A stretch of DNA of 64,000 nucleotides from a virus. The notes beneath the pieces were generated by a model that worked only from the letters and a program-made list of their open reading frames with translations, did not search any database and was not told the origin of the DNA. Both the position numbers and the translations under genes were made by a program. The stretch's first letter is position 1. Each line of letters opens with the position of its first letter. The stretch spans positions 1 through 64,000 of the IMG/VR virus record IMGVR_UViG_3300003890_000025; one strand, 5' to 3'. Positions 58,267-64,000 of this stretch are shown here, in pieces.

Positions 58267-59841
58267 ATGTCATTAGTAACAATAAAGGAAGCATCAAAAT
58301 GGGCTTCGGCTTTTCTTAAAAGAGAGGTGTCTCCAGCAAATATTTCTTATCTTATTCAATATGGTAAGATTAAAAAACTTGGAGAAAATGGATCAACTCT
58401 TGTTGATTTGAATGATTTGAAAAAGTATTACGAATCATGGAAAGGTAAAAGAGAGATTGATTGGAAGCAGCAACTTGGTGATGATTTAAACTGGGCATTG
58501 TCTTTTGATAATCTTAGAGAAAAAGATACAACAAAGCATGTTCATCGATTACATCCATATAAAGGGAAATATATTCCACAGCTTGTTGAATATTTTATTG
58601 ATTCTCATACGGATGATTTTAAAAAAGAAGTTTATTTTAAAAATGGTGATATAGTTCTCGACCCCTTTCTTGGTTCTGGGACAACAATTATCCAATCATT
58701 GGAAATGGGTATTCATTCCGTTGGTATTGATGTGTCCGAATTTAATTGCATGATTGCAAGTTGTAAAGCAGCAAATTACGATCACGAATATTTACAGAAG
58801 GCGATAAAGAAAATGCTTTCGGCCATTGATACTTTTGAACATGATAATAAAATCCAGGAGTTTGAAATTGAATTGTCGGCAGAATTGGCAAAGTTTAATA
58901 ACAAGCATTTTCCTGGTTCAGATTTTAAATACAAAATAAACCAAGGAAATTTTGATGAAAAAAAGTTTTCATTAGAGAAAGAAAAAGAGTTTTTGCCTAC
59001 CTATCAAAAATTACTTAAAAAATATTCAATAAAATTGAAACAGGATAAAGCAGAGTCATTTTTGGATACTTGGTTTATGGATAATGTGAGAAAAGAAATT
59101 GATCATGTTTTCAATACCGTAAAACAAGAGAAAGACTTAAAAACAAAAAATATTCTGGCTTTAATTTTAAGTCGAACAATTAGATCATGCAGAGCTACAA
59201 CACATAGTGATCTTGCTACCCTAAAAGAACCACAACTAACTACGTATTATTGTTACAAACATAAAAAGATTTGCAAGCCGTTGTTTTCGATCAAAACAAT
59301 GCTTAATCGCTATGCCTGTGACACTGTTTCAAGAATAAAAGAATTTGAAAGATTGCGAAAACCAGTTCATTACTTAGTTATTGCTGGTGATTCAAGAACT
59401 GTGGATATTTTTGAAAAAGCTGAAAAACAGAATTCGGAATTTGCAAAGATTCTTAAAAAACAAAAAATCTCAGGTATATTTTGCTCACCTCCTTATGTTG
59501 GACAAATAGATTATCACGAGCAACACGCTTATGCTTACGATTTGCTCGGATTTAAACGAAAGGACGATCTCGAAATTGGTCCGCTTTTTAAAGGGCAAGG
59601 GCAGGAGGCTCGCAAAGCATATGTTCAGGGAATAGCTGATGTTCTAAATAATTGCAAGAAATATTTAAAGGAAAATTATGATATTTTCCTTGTTGCAAAC
59701 GATAAATATAATCTTTATCCAGAAATTGCTGAAAAATCTGGAATGAAGATCGTAAATCAATTTAAAAGACCTGTTTTAAATAGAACAGAACGGGATAGGA
59801 ATCCATATTCTGAAATAATTTTTCATTTTAAATCAAAATAA
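58267..59841 (+). CDS. amino-methyltransferase, probably m4C, alpha order, with N-terminal HTH
   Basis: Motif I VLDPFLGSGTT precedes motif IV SPPY. Confidence 0.85.
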   Translation: MSLVTIKEASKWASAFLKREVSPANISYLIQYGKIKKLGENGSTLVDLNDLKKYYESWKGKREIDWKQQLGDDLNWALSFDNLREKDTTKHVHRLHPYKGKYIPQLVEYFIDSHTDDFKKEVYFKNGDIVLDPFLGSGTTIIQSLEMGIHSVGIDVSEFNCMIASCKAANYDHEYLQKAIKKMLSAIDTFEHDNKIQEFEIELSAELAKFNNKHFPGSDFKYKINQGNFDEKKFSLEKEKEFLPTYQKLLKKYSIKLKQDKAESFLDTWFMDNVRKEIDHVFNTVKQEKDLKTKNILALILSRTIRSCRATTHSDLATLKEPQLTTYYCYKHKKICKPLFSIKTMLNRYACDTVSRIKEFERLRKPVHYLVIAGDSRTVDIFEKAEKQNSEFAKILKKQKISGIFCSPPYVGQIDYHEQHAYAYDLLGFKRKDDLEIGPLFKGQGQEARKAYVQGIADVLNNCKKYLKENYDIFLVANDKYNLYPEIAEKSGMKIVNQFKRPVLNRTERDRNPYSEIIFHFKSK

Positions 59842-59845
59842 TTTT

Positions 59846-60775
59846 ATGGCACCATCAGAAGAACAAATTAAATCTACCAAAAATAAAGCTATATATGGTA
59901 AAATAGATAAAGTATTTGATATATTTTTTCTGTTTTTTATAATCTATATTTTGTATGGGTTATTTTTTAGGAAACCTGAAGATATTTTGAAAATACATAT
60001 AGAGCAAGAAAAGAAAAAAAGGAAGCTAATACATGATACACCTAAATAACTATGCGTATACATTTAATGACGATATAGACACATTAGAACATAGAATAGA
60101 AAAAATAAATATAATAATTGATAGACTAAAGCATCAAATAGAAACATATAAAACTCAAATAGAGTATTTAGATCAAACTCTATTAGACGTAATCTTGATC
60201 AAGGATGAATTAGTTAGAAAGTTAAATAAAGTAAAAGAAGATAACCCATTATGAATTTAATATTTCGTATATTATTTATATACTTACCTCTTAATATAAG
60301 TGTCTCTCTTTTTACAGTAGCTTATATAGGTAATAAACAATTAGATATTATATATTCATCTATAACTAGAGCTTATGAATTAGGTTGTTATTTAGGCGTA
60401 GCTCTATCAAATAATCACGATCTAAACTTATCACATCAATATAATATAAAATGCTATCTTTACACACAAGAATTCGATAAAATGATAAATTCAGAAAAAT
60501 AATACTTTAAATAGCCACTTTCTTATGGTAATATAATTTTAGGAAGTCAAATGAAGGCTTATAAAATTAAGGTTACAGTAGAAGAATTAATTGAGACCAG
60601 AAGATTGGTACACGAGAAGGCTTACAATATTATAAGCTTTGATAATGAAGAAGCGTCTGTATTAGCTATTAATGAATTCTTTGAAGATGAAGACTTTTGT
60701 TTAGTATGCCACGATCATATTATTGATATTAAAACTACTATTTTAAATATAACTAATATAAGCGGTGCTATATAA
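59846..60775 (+). CDS. four small hypothetical ORFs (59846-60049, 60033-60254, 60251-60502, 60551-60775)
   Basis: ORF track; closely packed. Confidence 0.5.
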
Positions 60776-60780
60776 ATCCT

Positions 60781-61275
60781 ATGAGTAAAGTTTATACTAA
60801 AACTGGAGATGACGGTCAAAGTAGTATAAAAGGCTGTAGATTAAATAAAAAATCTCCTGTATTTGACGCTATTGGTGATATTGATGAATTAGCTGGATGG
60901 ATAGGGTTATTAAATACGGATAACTATTTAACAGACATACAAGAGGCTCTATTTGAAATAGGAGCCTTTTTAGCTGGTTACGGAGAATTCTCAAGGGACT
61001 CTAATCAGCTAGAATATCTAATAGATGAGGCTTATAATAAACTACCTACTTTGAGAGCATTTATAATACCCACTGGACAATTACAGTCACAGTGGTTTAT
61101 AGCTAGAGCTGTTTGCAGAAGAGCTGAACGTAGCGTAGAGGGACTAGAGTCTTGTAAGGGAGTAAAAGGTTATTCAAAAGTACTATCATATTTAAATAGG
61201 TTATCAGATCTACTTTTTATAAAAGGGTATGAGTCTAATCCAAACGCTAAGTTATGGATTTCTAATAAAGATTAA
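60781..61275 (+). CDS. pduO: ATP:cob(I)alamin adenosyltransferase, PduO type
   Basis: KVYTKTGDDG, GDIDEL, ARAVCRRAER, YLNRLSDLLF. Confidence 0.9.
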   Translation: MSKVYTKTGDDGQSSIKGCRLNKKSPVFDAIGDIDELAGWIGLLNTDNYLTDIQEALFEIGAFLAGYGEFSRDSNQLEYLIDEAYNKLPTLRAFIIPTGQLQSQWFIARAVCRRAERSVEGLESCKGVKGYSKVLSYLNRLSDLLFIKGYESNPNAKLWISNKD

Positions 61276-61280
61276 AAAGG

Positions 61281-61309
61281 TTTACTTTAAATCCCCAAAA
61301 CGCTATAAT
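61281..61309 (+). promoter_or_regulatory. sigma70 promoter giving a probable leaderless mRNA
   Basis: TTTACT-17-TATAAT; ATG 6 nt later. Confidence 0.65.
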
Positions 61310-61315
61310 TTATGT

Positions 61316-62455
61316 ATGACTAAATTACGTTTAAGCCATAGCTCAGTATCTTCTTACCAACTTTGTGGTAAAAAATACTATTACCATTATATTGAGAAAT
61401 GGAGAGATAAAGAGACTAGCGCAGCTTTATTGTTTGGTACTGCTTTAGATAAAACAATAGAATCAATACTAAAGGATATAAAACAAAAATCATACGACGA
61501 TACTTTACAGACATACTTCAATATCTTTACTAACCAATGGCGTAATGGTTATATTAATAAATCATATGAGTCTTTATGGGAGAATGAAAGGCTAGTATAC
61601 GCTGCTTCTGATTTTGATTCAGATCTTTTACAGTCCAAGGATCTATTATTTCTATTCAGTAGACTTGATTCAGAGTATAAAGAATTAGGAATTTATACTG
61701 ATCCTAATCAAGTTTTAGATATTTTCTATTCACTTAGAAAGAAGAAAGAAACTAGTGGTTGGGATAATATGACTATACCTGAGAAGAGGTTTTATAACCT
61801 AGTCAACTGGTCTTGTTTATATAAAAAAGGTTTATTAATGATTGAAGCCTTCCGTAGAGATATAAAACCAAAAATCAAAGAAGTAATTGACATTCAAAGG
61901 GAGATATCACTAGAAAACGAAGAAGGGGATTCGGTTATAGGATTTATAGATGCTATATTAAAATTAGACGATGATTCGATAGTCATTATTGATTTTAAGA
62001 CCTCTGCTAGAGATTATGCCTATGACTCGGTTATAAAAAGTCCTCAACTATCATTATATTTACACGCTGTGGAAAATGAATATAATACCAGAAAGGCTGG
62101 TTTTATAGTATTTAAAAAAGGTATAAATAAGCAAAGAAGTAAAATATGCTCTAAGTGTTCTTTTAACGGCACTGGAAGCAAGGCTAAGACTTGTACTAAT
62201 GAGATAGGCGGGAAAAGGTGCGGAGGTGAGTGGGATGAGAAAATAAATCCTATAGCAGAAACACAAGTTATAGTTAGCGATATACCTAAATATTTTGAAA
62301 ATATAGTTATAGAAAATTTTATGGAAGTAAATGCGGCAATAAAGGCAGAAGTCTTTCCAAGAAATTTCTCAGCCTGTGAAAGTCCATTTCCGTGTCCATA
62401 TATAAAACTATGTCATAAAGGTATAGTTGATGGTTTAGAAAAGGAGGAAAAATGA
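61316..62455 (+). CDS. PD-(D/E)XK exonuclease (Cas4/AddB-like, Fe-S cysteines) with zinc-ribbon insert
   Basis: LSHSS...Y..C, GFID, IIDFKT, QL.LY, C....CPY...C. Confidence 0.85.
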   Translation: MTKLRLSHSSVSSYQLCGKKYYYHYIEKWRDKETSAALLFGTALDKTIESILKDIKQKSYDDTLQTYFNIFTNQWRNGYINKSYESLWENERLVYAASDFDSDLLQSKDLLFLFSRLDSEYKELGIYTDPNQVLDIFYSLRKKKETSGWDNMTIPEKRFYNLVNWSCLYKKGLLMIEAFRRDIKPKIKEVIDIQREISLENEEGDSVIGFIDAILKLDDDSIVIIDFKTSARDYAYDSVIKSPQLSLYLHAVENEYNTRKAGFIVFKKGINKQRSKICSKCSFNGTGSKAKTCTNEIGGKRCGGEWDEKINPIAETQVIVSDIPKYFENIVIENFMEVNAAIKAEVFPRNFSACESPFPCPYIKLCHKGIVDGLEKEEK

Positions 62456-62670
62456 AAGAAGTTAAAGAGGTAAAGGTAAACGAAACATTTAGTGGGTTGG
62501 GTATGAAGAAATTAGGGAAAGATGAATATATAGTATATAGAATTAATGTAGACTCAGAAGGAAGTGGTGACATAGAAGTTATCAAAAAACTAGACTCCAA
62601 AGCTGAGTGTATTGCTCTATATCAACTTGAAAATGTAAAATCTGTATTAGAGTTTAATGACTTAAAATAA
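62452..62670 (+). CDS. hypothetical protein
   Basis: AAGGAGG RBS. Confidence 0.55.
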   Translation: MKEVKEVKVNETFSGLGMKKLGKDEYIVYRINVDSEGSGDIEVIKKLDSKAECIALYQLENVKSVLEFNDLK

Positions 62671-62673
62671 AAC

Positions 62674-63117
62674 ATGATTAGACACTTACTATTATACTTA
62701 ATAGTAATAGTTACTATATCATCATGTGCTTCTAGGTACTCTCATCTTAATGAGTTAAGAGGTTATTTTAATAGATTCGAGAAAGAAAGTCATGAGCACG
62801 GATGCTTTATAGATACTTCTAAAGTTATTTTAGCTTTTTATAAATTAAAACAGGGCACAGTAGCCTTTGTTTTGATGGTAAGTAAATACCCACTAATAAT
62901 CATAGTTGATCATGAATGGTGGTCTAATGCAAGCGAGTTTGATAGGTTTAATGTAGTGAGACACGAAGGAGGTCATGCTTTCCTATTGCTAGATCATGAT
63001 GACTCTAAACCTGATATTATGAATACATTTTTAATAGAAAAAGAATACTTCTATAGAGGTATTATAAAGGACTTTTATGATAAATGTCCGCCTTACCTTA
63101 AAAATAAACGAAAATAA
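62674..63117 (+). CDS. lipoprotein zinc metallopeptidase (matrixin-like)
   Basis: Lipobox ISSC; HEGGH.....H and IMN Met-turn. Confidence 0.7.
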   Translation: MIRHLLLYLIVIVTISSCASRYSHLNELRGYFNRFEKESHEHGCFIDTSKVILAFYKLKQGTVAFVLMVSKYPLIIIVDHEWWSNASEFDRFNVVRHEGGHAFLLLDHDDSKPDIMNTFLIEKEYFYRGIIKDFYDKCPPYLKNKRK

Positions 63118-63125
63118 TATAATAC

Positions 63126-64000
63126 CTATTTAGCGTCACTCCACCTATTAACTATAACTGGAATAGCTTTCATAGGTACACTAACCTCTTTAGTAACAGA
63201 GTTATTTTCCATACACTTCTGTAGTATTTTAGATACTTCTTCAGATTGCTCTGTTTTACATAAAACTGTTATTTGATCGTGTACTTGACAACATATATAA
63301 GCATCTAATCCTCTATTTTTAATTTCATTATAAAAGTCTATACATGCTTTATTCATTATCGAAGCAGCTAAGGACTGAATAGGGAAGTTATATCCATTTC
63401 TCTGTTCATTATTAATTATAGCTTTAGCTTCTTTAATTGAATGTATATTAAACTCAGCTTCTAATAACCTTAAACTCTTAATCAAATCTTTATGATTAAA
63501 TGGATTAAATCCTTTTTTATACAAGAAAGGTATTACTGCTGCTCTTCTTCTTCTGCCTAATAAATTATTAACAAATCCATATTTTTTTAATTGAAAGGTA
63601 CAGGAACTATGGTATTTTAATAGATTAGGATAAGCCTTAAAATACCTATTTTTTAGAATAACAGCCTCTTCTAAAGGTATTTTTAGTTCTTCTGATAGTT
63701 TATATTCTGTCATACCATAAGCTAACCCCAAAGCCCAAGTCTTTACTTTATCTCTAAGCTTAGGAGCAACTAGCTTTAAAAAATTAGGATCTTTTGGATT
63801 AGATGAATATTTATTATCTTTCATAACAGTTAGATAAACTTGTGAGTAAAAATCCAATCCTTCTGTATATACTTTTTTAATAGAGTCTTCAGAGCTAATG
63901 TGACTAAAACACTTTGGTTCTAGTGATTCTTGATCACTATCTATTAATACGTATCCCTCATCAGGTATAATACCTTTTTTAATACGATTATCTCTTGATG
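63126..64000 (-). CDS. polA: DNA polymerase family A, C-terminal part (5'-truncated)
   Basis: Frame is open to the window end; motif A DSDQESLE, motif B R..VK....GLAYG, NFPIQS, motif C QVHD. Confidence 0.9.
   Translation of the reverse strand, partial: SRDNRIKKGIIPDEGYVLIDSDQESLEPKCFSHISSEDSIKKVYTEGLDFYSQVYLTVMKDNKYSSNPKDPNFLKLVAPKLRDKVKTWALGLAYGMTEYKLSEELKIPLEEAVILKNRYFKAYPNLLKYHSSCTFQLKKYGFVNNLLGRRRRAAVIPFLYKKGFNPFNHKDLIKSLRLLEAEFNIHSIKEAKAIINNEQRNGYNFPIQSLAASIMNKACIDFYNEIKNRGLDAYICCQVHDQITVLCKTEQSEEVSKILQKCMENNSVTKEVSVPMKAIPVIVNRWSDAK

Noticed and set aside
61316-62455. Cas4 of a CRISPR system
   Set aside because: Stand-alone phage PD-(D/E)XK exonuclease; no cas1/cas2 or array.
1-64000. 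TAG stop-codon recoding suggested by TAG abundance
   Set aside because: Genes are full length under code 11 and several end in TAG.

Overview
This window is about 64 kb of an AT-rich, podovirus-like tailed dsDNA phage genome, truncated at both ends. No integrase, tRNA, rRNA or CRISPR array was seen. Bases ~950-37350 (minus strand) hold the late/virion block: ejection proteins, tail nozzle and adaptor, four fibre-like proteins, M15 endolysin, major capsid, scaffold, portal and TerL. Bases ~43.5-44.3 kb are a non-coding strand-switch region, probably the genome terminus or pac/ori. Bases ~44.3-63.1 kb (plus strand) hold early/middle genes: an amidoligase+GATase pair, SLT, ERF, two DNA methyltransferases, a FliA-like sigma factor and a PD-(D/E)XK nuclease. 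A family A DNA polymerase runs off the right end. The most notable signal is an array of six sigma54 (-24/-12) boxes in alternating orientation at 43935-44067. It is followed by a textbook enhancer-IHF-sigma54 promoter in front of the first early gene. Other signals: two large, highly structured non-coding RNA candidates (39.8-40.3 kb and 50.7-51.0 kb), each with its own promoter; a plant TAA1/alliinase-like aminotransferase; a processive GT2 + micro-membrane protein + small beta-barrel module; a cytochrome c; a PduO adenosyltransferase; a fibre gene that seems to start at AUU; a two-frame (EcoHK31I-type) C5 methylase; and a phage late-promoter motif AAACAAMT. All product calls come from motifs recognised by eye; no database search was run.
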